In this document: positions 1 through 13,064 of the stretch, piece after piece
Layout of the letters: every line of letters starts with the position of its first letter
How positions within the stretch are numbered: the stretch's first letter is position 1
NCBI GenBank assembly: GCA_026770705.1
Contig: JANJGN010000052.1
Location: 3,100,001-3,164,000 of the forward strand
Reading direction: 5' to 3'
Source: Isurus oxyrinchus
Lineage: Eukaryota
Length of the DNA stretch: 64,000 nt
Position numbers and translations under genes: made by a program
Notes under the pieces: model-generated
What the model saw: only the letters and a program-made list of their open reading frames with translations
The model's database searches: none
What the model was told of the DNA's origin: nothing

Positions 1-481
1 GCCAGTGCAGGTCAGCGAGTGGCAAAGGGTGTGAGGTGTTGAGTCGAGAAACAGTGATAAATACTGGGGGATGAAGTCTATCCTGATGCTTGGACGCCGA
101 TAGCAAAGGAATGAAATTTGTGTCTTTTGCTGATTTTAATCAGAATTTCCCATGAAGACAACACAGCAGCTCCTAGAATAGACAGGCTGTTCAGTGTCAC
201 ACTTCCTGTCCATTCTCACCTTGCTAGATACTTCAATAAGGGAGCAAGATAACTGAAAGAGAGAAGGAAGGTAAAGCTGTCCGTGTGTAAAGGGGTCAAT
301 ATTCAAATTGTATATTTGTCTTTCTCTCGACACATGCAGAGCTCAGGCTAGAGGCGCTTTGTTAGTGTGTTTCACAGTGTCTGCTGGAGTAGGGTCAGTG
401 CTGAGCTTGGAGACAAGTCAGTCTACAATGCTGCATCGGAATCAACAATACAACAATATGGGGTTTGGATCAGAAATAATC

Positions 482-745
482 CCTTAGACAATGAGGATCC
501 AAAGAGATTCCTTAGACAATGAGGATCCAAAGAGATTCCTTAGACAATGAGGATCCAAAGAGATTCCTTAAACAATGAGGATCCAAAAAGATTCCTTCGA
601 CAATGAGGATCCAAAGAGATTCCTCAGACAATGTGGATCCAAAGAGATTCCTTAGACAATGAGGATCCAAAGAGATTCCTTAGACAATGAGGATCCAAAG
701 AGTTTCCTTAGACAATGAGGATCCAAAGAGATTCCTTAGACAATG
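482..745. repeat. 28-bp minisatellite (CCTTAGACAATGAGGATCCAAAGAGATT), about 9.5 copies
   Basis: Head-to-tail copies start at 482, 510, 538 and so on; no spacers between them. Confidence 0.95.
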
Positions 746-894
746 AACATACAAAGTGCACCAATCAGATTGAATCAGATTAACCAATCAGCTGTGTTGA
801 GGAGCAGACAGGAATGTTAGGCTAATTAGTGATTCATGACGGTGATAATGGCGGGAGTTCTGAGGGCTCCTAATCCATTGTCCTGTCTTGTAAA

Positions 895-1150
895 TCAGCA
901 CCTTAATACTGACCCTCCAACAGTGCAGCACTCCCTCAGTACTGATCCTCCAACATTGCAGCACTCCCTGATTAATGTCCCTCTGACACTGCAGCACTCC
1001 CTCAGTACTGACCTTACACTAGTGCAACACTCGCTCAGTAATGACCATCCGACAGTGCAGCACTCCCTCAGTACTGACACTGGGGAGTTTCAGTCTACTC
1101 TGTGGGGCAGACGTCCCCTGAATCGGGTCTTGAACCCCACAACATTCTGA
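895..1150 (+). repeat. 33-bp ACAGTGCAGCACTCCCTCAGTACTGACCCTCTG minisatellite within a SINE-like element
   Basis: Degenerate 33-bp units (TVQHSLSTDPL periodicity in the ORF track); the family recurs across the window. Confidence 0.85.
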
Positions 1151-1308
1151 CCCCCTGAATTTGGCTGTGAAACCCACTGACCCACAGGAGAAATTCCTGG
1201 TCAATAACTGTCCACCTGTGAGCAGAAATATCACCACAGGGTCAGGACACAAAGGGTTAACAGTTCACCAACATCTCAAAACATGAGCTGCTCTGACACT
1301 TTGATCCA

Positions 1309-1327
1309 ACTTCCTCATTTTGACTCA
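1309..1327 (+). promoter_or_regulatory. Candidate promoter of gene A: PU.1/ETS site (ACTTCCTCATTT) abutting an AP-1 site (TGACTCA)
   Basis: Motif matches lie directly upstream of a candidate non-coding exon with a strong donor; fits a leukocyte promoter. Confidence 0.5.
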
Positions 1328-1329
1328 CA

Positions 1330-1448
1330 GAGACACATCCACCCTTTCTAATTAAACACACAGAGGGAGCAGCACAGGAAGAGGTCATTCAGCCCAAGCA
1401 GAGCGTGTGGGCAGTTCCTCCCCAGGTGAGCAGTCGGACAGGTCCTGG
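1330..1448 (+). other. Gene A candidate 5' non-coding exon (start approximate)
   Basis: Donor G|GTAAGT at 1449, alternative CAG|GTGAGC at 1426; the downstream leader exon has an acceptor at 1857-1858 and so needs an upstream exon. Confidence 0.5.
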
Positions 1449-1898
1449 GTAAGTAACAGAACAATTGGAATTCACTTCCACCACCAACACCATCCTTTGT
1501 TGATGTTGTGACTTTATAAAGACAGATTCCAATGATTGATGCCTTTGAAAGATTTCTACTGATTATTGAGATCAGGGTGTGAGGCTCAGGTTTGTTGTAC
1601 AGAACATCTTTCTAGCTCAAAGGATGAGGGAAGTGCAGGGACATGAGCTTTGGGACATCCTGAGGTGGTGAAAGGCGATATAGAAATGCAAGTCCTTCAT
1701 TGATTTATTTTTTTAAAGCTTTTTAACTCTCTGCGGAGCACCTATCATCCCACAGAGAACCAAATTAGTCCGTGAAGACATTGTCTAAAAGCAGTTCTGA
1801 TCTCTCGAGAGCTGTCGGACAAGAGGTGAGGTCTCATTAACTCCTTTCTCTTTCACAGTTTAAGAGTCAGAAGCTAAAGGAATATCTGGGAGTGGACA

Positions 1899-1938
1899 AT
1901 GATCGGGAAATCTTACTTCCTCCTGTCACTTATCCAAG
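1899..1938 (+). CDS. Gene A (Siglec-like activating receptor) signal-peptide exon MIGKSYFLLSLIQ
   Basis: Acceptor TTTCACAG ends 1858, ATG at 1899, hydrophobic core, phase-1 donor CAAG|GTAATA; splices in frame to V1 giving ...LLSLIQVGLSQEW. Confidence 0.85.
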
Positions 1939-2959
1939 GTAATAACATCGTCAGCTTGGACAGATTTATGGTGAATAGTCTTTGTAAAAGAACATTCTTA
2001 TTGAGCTCTGATAGGGAACCGATTCAGCAGTGAGCCAGTGTACAAACTCACACCAAGTCCCATTCACCCATCACCCCTGTGCTCACTGATATACACTGAC
2101 TCCCTGTCTGACAGCAGAACTGCAGGACAGCAGAGACCTCAAAGGGTTTCAGGGCTGGAGGAGGTGACAGTGATAGGGAGTGGAGAGGGAGGATGGAGGG
2201 ATAAGGAATCAATGAAGAGATTTTGAAAATTGAGTCATTGCTGGACTGGGAGCCAGTGGAGGACAGCGAGTGACAGGGGAGCGATGGGCTGAATAGAGAA
2301 GCAGGGATAAAAACTGGGGGATGAAGTCTATCCTGATGCAAGCACTCCGATATCAATGCCCTGAAATTTTTCTCTCTTGCTGATTTTCATCAGAATTTCC
2401 CATGAAGACAACACAGAAGCTCTTAGATTAGACAGGCAGTTCAGCGTCACACTTCCTGTCCCTTCTCACCATGCTAGAAAATTCGATAAGATAGCAAGAT
2501 AACTGATAGAGAGAAGGGCGGCAAAGCTGTCTGTGTGTAAAACTGTCAAATATTCTGAGTTATCATGATTGTTTCTGATCTGCTGCAGAGTTTAAATTTC
2601 ACAGAATCTGAGCACTTTGCAGCTCAGAGAGAGACCATTGACTCACTGCCTGAAAGGGCGGTGGAAGCAGATTCAACAGGAACTTTCAGAAGGGGAACTG
2701 GATAAATACTTGAAGGGAAATTTGCAGGGTTGTGGAGGAGAGAGTAGAGGTTAGAGTGGGACTTATTGGACAGATCTATCAAAGGCCCAGCACAGGCTCG
2801 ATGGGCCAAATGGCTTCCATCAGTTCCGGATCATTCTGCAATCCGATAAATTAAGTCTCTTATCAGTAACTCTTCAGGCTCCTGCTGCAGGAATGGATCT
2901 TTCATAAGGGCAGGGAACAAGCGGTTTCTCATATCATGTTCATATTTATTGACAATTAC

Positions 2960-5900
2960 ATAAGTGTATGGAACTGTTGAATATTTGAGTCTCTAAAGTG
3001 TGGATTTGACCTTCTGGTACACCCAGATCTTGTGCTGGTTACCTTGTCTGGAGGTGTCTTTAACTGCTCACAGTGATCTGTGGGATTGTCACCCTTGGAT
3101 GTTGTTCCTGATTTCATGTGGGATCTTCTCCTCGATGGAATAGGAGCGGGAATGGATCTGATTTATCCTCGGTTCCACCTCACCGCTGTGCCCTTGTGTG
3201 TTTGACTCCATAGGCCCTTGGTTCTGAACAAATCCTTGTCACCTCGGCTGGTGATCATGAACCTTCTGTGGGATCCTGGATGTGAACTTGTCCCAACTGT
3301 AAACTTGGCAACTCTGCACCTCCATTTTTATCATGAACATTCCTTATCTTCTCTTGTAGTTTTAAAAGTTGCCCTCTGGTTTCTGAGAGAGTAGAATGGG
3401 TAAGAGTAGCGAAATTGGTCACTACTGGCCCACCAAACATGATCTCTGTCAGTGACGGAATAAGGTGAGGTGATGGTGTAGTGGTATTGTTGCTGGATGA
3501 GTAATTCAGAGACCCAGGGTAATGTCCTGAGAATATGGGTTCAAATCCTGTCATAATAGATGATGGAATTTGAATTTAATAAAAATATGAAATTCAAAGT
3601 TTAGTGATGACCACAAAACCATTGTTGGAAATCCCACCTGGTTCACCAGTGCCCTTTAGGGAACAAAATTGTCTGGCCGACATGTGACTCCAGACTCCAC
3701 GTCAATGTGGTTAACTCTTACATTAGGGATGGGTAATAAATCCTGGCCTGGCCAGTGACTCCCACATCCCATGAATGAATTTAACAAAGTTGCAGTTGTA
3801 GGTGTCGATCTCAGATGTAACATTGCAATGTGTGGATCTTGCTTGGTCTGTCTACATTTGAGAATTAGGGATTTCACTGTGTGAATCATTCATTCAGCTA
3901 GGCTGTTAGATCTGGGGTAATGAGGAGAAGAAGTAGTGTGATTGATATTCCAGATTATCTGTAATCATGTCCCCAGTTTCACCACATAAACTGAAAATAG
4001 TGCTTAGAGTGTGTGCACCAGTTGTGCTTGGTGTGTTGTGCTATTTTTGAATAACGGGATATCTGGTAAAGCTGTCGACGATGACGATGATGTCAGTGAC
4101 ATGGACATGAAAGGATTCAGATGTGATTTTGGACTAAGAATGGGCAGGAATTTCCTGTGGAATCAGTGGTTCTTTGTGTTGACTTGGCTCATCCTCTTGA
4201 CAAGCCTCGTACTTCCCTACAACAACTTCAAGGTCATTGTTCATACCCGGCCAGTGACTGTATCTCTTGTGAGTCTCCTTGTCTGATCTGTGCCCATGTG
4301 TGAGGGATGAAGTTGTTGAAGAATATAGGATCACAAATGTTCCGGTATGATGCGATGCCTGCCATTAAAAATGACTCCCTGGGAGATGCCTCGCTTATCC
4401 CGATGAGGTCAAGTTGAATCAGGCCACCCTTTCAATGATATTTCCACAGTTCCTGTAGAATTTTTCACTGTTCGCTCTTGTAGCTGCTGTCATTTCTGTT
4501 GTGCTAAATATACTGGATCAATTGACAGACTTGCATTCTCCTGCAGCTGTAATGTTGCAGCTCCCTTGAAACTGCCAATACTGTTGAAACTTTCTGCATA
4601 TTTCAATGTTATGGCATGAACTGAGGTGATGGGGTAGTTTCTGAGGTTGACCCATGTGAGATCTGACAGATTCCTGGATTGTCACTAGTGTGAGGTCACC
4701 GCATGATGGTAGACTTGTAATTGCTCAGCCTTTAGTCTCCACAATGTAGAACATCTGTGACACCCAGGAAGATTGATTGTACTTGCACCCCAGGACTATG
4801 GATTCTGCACATGGAGTTGGTGAAGTGTTGTACACAGCAGTAGGTTTCCGATTGCCTTCCATGTCCTTGGATACATGTCTTTGAAAATTTGCTGGGGTGG
4901 GCTGGGGGAGGGGAATGTTGGCACTTGCCCCTGTGTCAATCTTGGCCAATAAAGGGGAGGTAGCAACTTTCTCAGGGCAGATAATTGGAATCTTGGCCAA
5001 TAGTGCGGGTGATGTGACAGCATCTGTTCTCCGTGAGATTGATGGTGTAAAAGGTGTGAAATTGTTCTACAATTGCAAAATACGTTGAGCACAAGTGTTG
5101 CACAAACTCTTGGCCGGGGTTTTGCGGCCCAGTCATGGTGGGACCTGCCGTGGGAGAATGGGACACACATAAATCCATTAGCTTTCGGCCGGACCGGACA
5201 ATCCTGGCAGTGGGTGGGGCCAGAAAATCCCACCCCTATTGGACATTTTCAGTTTATTTGATGTGCCCAGAGAGATCATTAAGGACAACAATCCACAATT
5301 TATTGGCAAGCCACGTTAGGATATGTGTGAGAGGTGGAATATCGATCACCGCTCCTCGTCTCGCCGTACACATCATCGCCATTTCCTGGTTTGTCAGTCA
5401 CTGCATGTATATGTTCCTGATGGGATAGCGGATGGTCATTCTTATTGCTTGAAGGTTCCCCGTTGTGTAGGGTCTGTTTGGATCAGCCCACGGCTCTTTG
5501 TAGCTGCATCAGCCTTTGCTCTAGTGCCCTGCCGCTGTCAATGGCCCTTTCTGCCACAAGCCTTGCAGGATTGGTGGAAAGCTGGGCATTTCCTTGGTGC
5601 CTGCAGAAGGCCACACCTTCCACATGTCTCACTAGGTTTGGATGTTCTAGTGAGTGTGTCAACAACTGATGTTGTACTGAGGACCTGTAAGCTTCGTTGA
5701 CCTGCGAGGATCACTTCGTATTTATGTCCATCCTTGAGTAGATCTTCAATGCTATAGGTTTTGGTCTTATCTAGCAGATCTTTCTGGAAGGCTTCCATGG
5801 GAGTGGATGCAATCACCAACTCAACAACTGTGTCTGCAGGCTCTGTGTTTGAAATCACAGTGCGTACCCTTTTCTCTACATCGGCTGATGAAGTGGTCTA

Positions 5901-6820
5901 TGGATTGTGTAGGCTGATGAAATGACATAAACTCTAGTTGATGAATATGGAGTTTCACCTGATTCTGAACCTGTCTTCCAATATCGTACATATCTATTGG
6001 GGATCCTTTCGCTCTTCTGCTGTTAATCCTGATGTCTTCAGCCTGTGTAGACCTTCATTCCCAATCACGAGGTGAATCTTTATGGCTTGTTCGTCTGGTT
6101 CAGTCACACCTGAATCAGGAAACCAGAGCTCTGTACGCTGTTTAAACATTCTGAATTCAGATAGTCGGTCAGCTACATCCCAGTTCAAACTGGGGAATTT
6201 CGTGGACATTCTGACAATATTCCTTTGACCTTCCTTCTCCTACAGACCTGGGGTGAGTGTCGCTTTAGCCCCTTTCCTGCGCTTTTCCGAAGCTCTGCCC
6301 ACGAGGACGGGTTGTGGCAGGAACACACCACGGAGTAATGGAGTCTTTGTTTTTTATTCAATTTACTGTTCAGCAATCTCGAAGCTGCCCGTTATAATCA
6401 CTAACTTCTCTGGGCTGATTTTTATAATGGTTTTTGTGTGTTTGACTCTCCCTCGCTCACTATCGATCCAGCCCACACCCTGGTCACTCGCCTTCCCTGA
6501 CTGAGCTAACCCGCTGCTGGTCCTGGCGATACACACTGTCCCACTCACTGACCTACAGGCCGTGTGCTGTAATCTCACCACGAGGGATCCGTCTGCTCCC
6601 CAGCTCTTTACTTGAGCTCTTTCCCGTCACTGTGTCTTCAAAGGTTTCCTGAGCAGTCAGTACACTGCGATTTCAACCCTGTCTGATGCTGTGTCTCTGT
6701 TGTGGTCTGACCAAAGCGTCGAGGGTCGTCTCATGTCATGTAGCTCGATCTAAGGCTGTTCACCACGTCATACCTGTACTGAATCTTGCTGCCAGAATGT
6801 TTGGCCACCGCTGATCACCA
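2960..6820 (-). mobile_element. Degenerate Ty3/Gypsy LTR retrotransposon (gag, zinc knuckle, protease, integrase fragments)
   Basis: Gag-like ORF 5994-6209, knuckle CGRCG...CPA...CKACGRKGH (5538-5858), protease IDTGAS (4725-5000), integrase-like fragments 3650-4340; many frameshifts; boundaries approximate. Confidence 0.8.
3465..3780 (+). mobile_element. tRNA-derived SINE (HE1-like elasmobranch type) nested in the Gypsy element
   Basis: A-box/B-box-like head (GGTTCAAATCC), with a body shared by other copies in the window. Confidence 0.65.
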
Positions 6821-7029
6821 TGTTGTGTTTTTATAATGATATAAAGGCACCAGCCACTGATACGGAATTGGGTAAATACATTGTGGGTTCAGTTATTTAG
6901 AACAGGGACATGAGAACAGATATACTAGGATAGAAAGCTGGGAGACACCTGCGGCCAAACTGTGTGAGCTGTGTTCTGCTCACAGGCCAAAGTGAAACTT
7001 GGACTGGATGGTGTTATCATCCCAGCTGA

Positions 7030-8700
7030 TGTTACTACTGGGCAAGTCAGATCCCAGGGTGGAGCTCAGTTTGATAGGTCCTAACTTTTATTTATTATTT
7101 AGGAATGTGGAGTACGGCAACTGAACAGAGTCACAGGAGTCATCTGATGATCTTCTAACAAAAGAATAAAACATTTATTAAACTAGGAAAGACAAACTAT
7201 ATTACATTACTCCTTCACCCAGACCTATACCTTTACAGATTCATAAGTAGAACATAAGTTACAATAGCTATCGTATACTCTCATGTTCACACTAAGTACA
7301 CAGTCGATGTAAACCAATAGACGACCTGTGGTCAGGGACACCACATTCTTAAAGAAACTGACAGAACCCACTTGAAACAAATGCCAAGTCTCCCTCCTCA
7401 TCTGACCCCAGACGCTTGTTACACTGTGAGCCAACCAGTCTCACTGACTCTCCAAGAACTCGCTTTGGAATCTTCTCCAACATGACACTTTCACTCAGAC
7501 ACCTTCCACAAGGGTCCACTTTCACTTTTTCAAACTCTCCTTCCCATGTTCCTGTCCCCTGGATCGCCACGTGCATTCAGCCTCCTTCCACGCCCTGTCT
7601 CTCCAATGCTCAGCCGTGTCAATGGAACACCATGGCTTCACATGGCCGTAGTAATGAGTCACCAACCTGTGGTGTTTCCTAGGATCTTCTGGCTTCTCGC
7701 AAGCCTATTTTGCTTTAGGCCTGTGTCCTGCTGCTTTCTCCCTTTATGTTTGGAGCCTTCTTCTGCTCCTCACTCAACTTCACTTAACAGGGCCTTTTCC
7801 AGATTTGACTAGAAGGTCTTCTTGGGCACTTTCTCCTGTTCCACTCGATAGTTTTGGCTTCATCTTTACTTTGGGACTGACTATCTGTCCCGCTCCTTTG
7901 CTGCTTCTCCTGGCAACTCCTTTCAACAGAACTGAAAGTACTTTTCTTTCTTTTTCAGTCTCTGTGGGTCTTTCCCTCTGGATCACTGTTACTAGGCAAC
8001 AGCACAGTTTCTTCTACCTTGTGTTTGTTTTTACTTCCCTTCAAGAGTCATAAAAACGCATTAGATAGGTGGCTTCTTCCAAAGTGAAACCAAAACTCGA
8101 GCTCCCCCTTTTCAAAACACCCAACTACAGAAATACAAACTAAACTTGAACTGAAAGATATACCTTATGCCTAACGCACACAAATACACAGAGAACTTCC
8201 TTTAGCCAAGCCCAACTCCTAAAAATCACATGACACACTTCCCCTCGAGTGATGTCATGCTGCTGTCCCTGAAAGGCATATTACAACAGTGTTATCACTT
8301 GGCAGGTGATGTGTGCCAGGCAGACCAAGTCCATGAGAGAAAGGTGGTCACACGATCATAATGATTTTGCAATTTGTATTTATTATGAGATGTGTGCACT
8401 GAATTCAGAAGCAATAATTACACCAAGACCTTTAGAGAGTTAAAAAAATAAATTAAAATATTTGTCATCAAAATAAAAGATTTTAAGCACATACATAAGA
8501 CTACAATGACTGCTATAATAACACCTAAAATTCCTAATTAACCTGACTCCCAGTTACACTCCCTTTAAGGCAACAGACCAAAAATAGATGTTAGATTTAA
8601 AACAAACTCAGCAAGTTAACACAATGCCCTGGACAGTGGAATTCCAAATGGATTTTCCCCAACTTCAGTTCTGTTGGATAGCAGGCTTGTGCACAAACAG
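7030..8700. mobile_element. LTR-derived repeat fragments; 8300-8700 is homologous to the solo LTR at 48955-49850
   Basis: GGTCAC..ATCA.AAT..TTTTGCAATTTGTATTTATT and following sequence align with 49012 onward. Confidence 0.5.
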
Positions 8701-8913
8701 GGTCCTGAGCACCATGAGCCAATGTAGAATGAACTTGTCCACTCCTGTGTCCAGGATTCTCTTCCATCCATTGTGATACCTTGTGGAGTTCCTTGTGTGT
8801 CCTGTAGATGGTCCAAACTGCAGCCACTGTGCCCCAGTGATGGAGGGGGTGGATATCGAGTCTAGTGGATCTACAAACCATCCAGAGTTTAATATTGATA
8901 TTTCTCTCCCCAG

Positions 8914-9291
8914 TTGGACTGTCACAAGAGTGGAAAGGTGACAGTCCCCGAGAGGTGACAGCGCAGGAAGGTTCATGTGTACAGATTCCATGTCATTACA
9001 GTTACTCATCACATTTGGTAAAGAAAACACATGTCGGAATCTGGTATATGAGGAGGTACATACAGAACAAATGGTCTAAATGGTCTATAGCCTTTCACTC
9101 CAAGGATCACAGTCACGAGTTACCACGGTTCCACCATCGGACCCGGCTGTCTGGAGACCTGAAAGATGGCGACTGTTCCCTGATTATAAACAACATCAGA
9201 CGGGAAGATGAAGGACCTTATTTTTTCAGAATAGAATTTGACAATGGTCCGAGCCATAACTATTACCCTGAAACCCAGCTTCAGGTTTCTG
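8914..9291 (+). CDS. Gene A V-set exon V1 (Siglec-type)
   Basis: CCCCAG acceptor, G|GTAAGT donor, 378 nt, phase 1-1, open; Siglec hallmarks CVQIPC, GDCSL and YFFRIE (essential Arg). Confidence 0.92.
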
Positions 9292-9499
9292 GTAAGTGCT
9301 GTGTTATAATTACTCAACAATTCACATCCAACACTCAATGGGAAATAATAATGTTTGATTTGCTTGTTTTTTGGCCGTGTTAACCAGCGTCACTATTTTT
9401 AATGATTTGTCTATTTCTGCTCCCAGATCCATGAGCTTATTGTGTGTGATTGAATCCACATCATAGCTGTAACATAAACCGAGCTGAGGGGTGATGACA

Positions 9500-10520
9500 C
9501 ATCCCCCCTGAGTGAAGTGTCTCCTCCCCACTACACCTTCCACCCCTCACACTGTCCGTGTAAACCCCCGTCCCATCTCCAGCCTCTCTTTCCCCTCCAA
9601 AGTCCTTGAACGTGTTTCCATCTCCCGAATCTGTTCCCATCTTTCCCGGAACTCCATGTTTGAATCCCTCCAATCAGGTTCCCACCCCAGCCACTGTGCT
9701 GAAACAGCTCTTATCAAGGTCACAAATGGCATCCTGTGTGACTGTGACAAAGGTCAACTTTCCCTCCTCGTCCTTCTCGATCTGTCTGCAGCCTTTGACA
9801 CGCTCGACCACACCAACCTCCTCCAACACCTCTCCACTGTCGTCCAGCTGGGTGGGACTGCTCTCCCCTGGCTCCATTCTTATCCATCTCATCGTAGCCA
9901 GAGAATCACTTGCAATGGCTTTGCAGCATCATCTGAACAGTGTTAGTTTTCACCTGTCCACTGAGGATCCCCAGCTCTACCTCACCACCACCTCTCTCGA
10001 CTCCTCCACTGCTGTTAAATTATCAGGCTGCTTATCCGACATCCAGTACTGGATGGGCAGAAATTCCCTCCAATTAAATATTGGAAAGACTGAAGCCATT
10101 GTCTTCATTCCCCGCTCCAAACTCTGTTCCCTCGCTACCAACTCCATTCCTCTCCCTGACAGCTCTCTGAGATTGAAGCCAATCTGTTCACAGCTTTGTT
10201 GTCCCATTTGATCCTGAGATGAGCTTCCGGCCTCATATCTGCGCCCTCACTAACACCGTCTATTTCCACCTCCGTAACATCGCATGACTTCACCCTGTCT
10301 CAGCTCATCTGCTGCTGAAACCCTCATCCACGCCTTCATTACCTCCAGACTCGACTGTTCCAACACACGCTCTACACTCCATAAACTTGAGGCCATCCAA
10401 AACTGCTGACCACGTCCTTACTCACACCAAGTCCCGTTCCCTTATCACCCGCTCTGCTCGATGACCGAGACTGGCTCCTGGTCAAGCAAAATGTCAACGT
10501 CCAAATTTTCATCTTTGTTT
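9500..10520 (+). mobile_element. L2-clade LINE reverse transcriptase fragment
   Basis: Translations AETALIKVTN..., LLVLLDLSAAFDT, DIQYWM..N.LQLNIGKTE with frameshifts. Confidence 0.85.
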
Positions 10521-10539
10521 CCTCACTATCCCTGTAATC

Positions 10540-10965
10540 TTCTCGTCCTCCTCCAGTACCTACAACCATCCCATTCTCTGTAACCTCTTCAAGCCTCTAC
10601 CGCTTCCCTATATCTGTAAATTCATCCTGCCCAACAAACCTACCAATCTCTGCAACCTCCTCCAGCCACTACAAACCTCCCTATTTCTGTAACTTCCTCA
10701 TGCCCCTAAAAGCTTCCCTATCTCTGTAGCCTGCTCCAGTCCCGACAACTTTCCCTGCCCCTGTAACCTGCCCCAGTCACTACAACCCTCCCTACCTCTG
10801 CAAACTCCTCCAGACCCTACACTTTTCCAAGCTCTCTTAACTTTTCCAGCCCCTACAACCCTCCCTATCTCTGTAACTCCTCCAATCACTACAAACCTCG
10901 CTATCTCTGTAACCTCCTCCAGCCCCTACAACCCTCCCTATCTCTGTAACCTCCTCCAGACCCAC
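10540..10965 (-). repeat. Degenerate 37-bp minisatellite (CCTACAACCCTCCCTATCTCTGTAACCTCCTCCAGCC family)
   Basis: Reverse complement of the array at 35660-36440. Confidence 0.8.
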
Positions 10966-11429
10966 CAACCTTCAGAGGTCTCTGCGCTCCTCCAATTCCA
11001 GCCTCTTGACCATCCCCCGATCTCAACACTCTAACATTGGTGGCCATGCCTTCAGCTGCCTGGGGACCGAGCTCCGTAATACCCTCCCTTAAGCCCTCTC
11101 CATCCCTCACACTCACTCTCTCTCTCTCACTAACCATTTCATCCCTCTTTTAAGTTTCTCCATAACACCGACCTCTTCTGGCCAGCTGTCGCTAATATCT
11201 CCACATGTGTCTGGGTGACATACTTTGTTTTATGACGCTCCTGTGTAGCACCTTGGGGTGATTTGTCATGTTAAAGTTGTTGTGTAAATATAAGTTGTTG
11301 CCCTTTGACCCGCGACCCCAGCTCGAGTCTTATTTTTGAGGGAATGTACAACCTCCTTAGATTTCTGACCAAAATGTAATTTGATTATTTTTATTGAGCG
11401 AATGCCAAGCCCCGATACCGAGCGAGAGC

Positions 11430-11800
11430 CTCCTCATTTGCTGAGTTTAAGGTGATGAGTCAGCCCCTTAGTCCGTAGAGGGGATTCTCCTCGGTAATGT
11501 GCAGCCTTGTTTGTGTCTCTCCACAAGCGCATGAGGGATTTGTACAGAGGCTGCAGCGCTGGAGGGGGTCTGCACAGGGGTCCTGGCCTGTCCTGAGCTG
11601 GTTTTAGCAAGGACCACTCTGGCCTTGGCAGCTGAAAGCCAGCCATTGGACAGACAGGGCCTGTCACATGGAGCCTGTTAGTCACTCCCCCCCGTGTCTC
11701 CTGTGCTCGGATCCAGACCATGTTGGCTGGTGGATCTGGCTCAGGAAGGGTCCTCCCCATGGGACCCCCAGATGGAAGGTGGGTCGAGCGGGTCAGTCAC
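11430..11800 (-). mobile_element. LINE ORF2 C-terminal fragment (RTEX/I-like), repeated in each 2.3-kb unit
   Basis: GFQLPR..WSLL motif followed by a frameshifted Cys-rich tail. Confidence 0.5.
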
Positions 11801-11844
11801 TTGCATGTTTATTCTGCAGCTTTAATATTTTAAGAAGGTAAGAA

Positions 11845-12630
11845 TGTAGGAACATAAGAAATAGGGACAGGAGCAGGCCATTCGGCCCCTCCAGCCTGCC
11901 CTCGCTGATCTGGTTGTGGCCTTAACTCCATTTTCCTGCCTGTCCCCCAAACCCTTGACTCCCTTGTCGATCAAAAACCTGCCTCACTCAGCCTTGAGTC
12001 TATTCAATGGCCCAGCCTCCACTGCTCTCTGGGGAAGAGAATTCCACAGGCTAGCGCCCCTCTGAGAGAGGAAATTCCTCCTCATCTCAGTCTTAAATGG
12101 GAGAGTCCTCATTCCGAAACTGTGCTCCCTGGTTCTAGATTCCCCCACGAGGGGGAAACATCCTCCCAGCATCCACCCTGTCAAGCCCCCTCGGAATTGG
12201 ATATGTTTCAATAAGGTCACCCCTCATTCTTCTAAACTCCAATGGATACAGGCCCAACCTGCTCAACATTTCCTCACAGGACAAACCCTTTAATCCCAGG
12301 AATCAGCCCAGTGAAGCTTCTCTGAACTGCCTGTACACAATGATCCTGTTACAATCTCACTAACGCCCTGTGTAGCTGTTGCAAGACTTCCCTCCTTTTA
12401 TACTCCATCCCTTTGCAATAAAGGCCAACATTCCACTTGCCTTCCTCATTCCGTGGTGTTCCTGAATGCTGACTTTCTGTGATTCATGTACAAGGACACC
12501 CAGATCCCTCTGTACTGCATTCTGCAGCCTGTCTCCATTTAAATAATATCCTGTTTTTCTATTCTTCCTGCCAAAATAATTTGTTGCCATTCTCCTCAGT
12601 ATTGACCATCCCCCCAATTCAGCCTCATCT
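11845..12630 (-). mobile_element. CR1 LINE 3' fragment, repeated in each 2.3-kb unit
   Basis: QRDLGVLVH, MLAFIAKG, WNSLPQRAVEA motifs and a CR1-type tail. Confidence 0.9.
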
Positions 12631-12695
12631 GTAAATTTTGAGTCTAGTGGATCCACAAGCCATCCAGAGATAAATATTGAGATTTCTCTCCCCAG

Positions 12696-13064
12696 CTGAA
12701 CCCTCACAAGAGTGGAAAGGTGACACTCCACGAGAGGTGACAGCTCAGGAAGGTTCGTGTGTACAGATTCCATGTCATTACAGTTATCCATCGTGTCTGG
12801 AAAACCAACCGCGAGGTGGACTCTGGTTTAATAATGAGAAACAGATTCCCTGGGCTCCCATTGCCTTTCACTCCAAGGATCACAGTCACGAGTTACCACG
12901 GTTCCGCCATCGGACCCGGCTGTCTGGAGACCTGAAAGATGGCGACTGTTCCCTGATTATAAACAACATCAGACGGGAAGATGCAGGACCTTATTTTTTC
13001 AGAATAGAATTTGACAATGGTCCGAGCCATAACTATTACCCTGTAACCCAGCTTCACGTTTCTG
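12696..13064 (+). CDS. Gene A V-set exon V2
   Basis: AG/GT bounded, 369 nt, phase 1-1, open, YFFRIE retained. Confidence 0.9.

Noticed and set aside
482-745. CRISPR-like array of 28-bp repeats
   Set aside because: The repeats are contiguous with no unique spacers, and the context is eukaryotic
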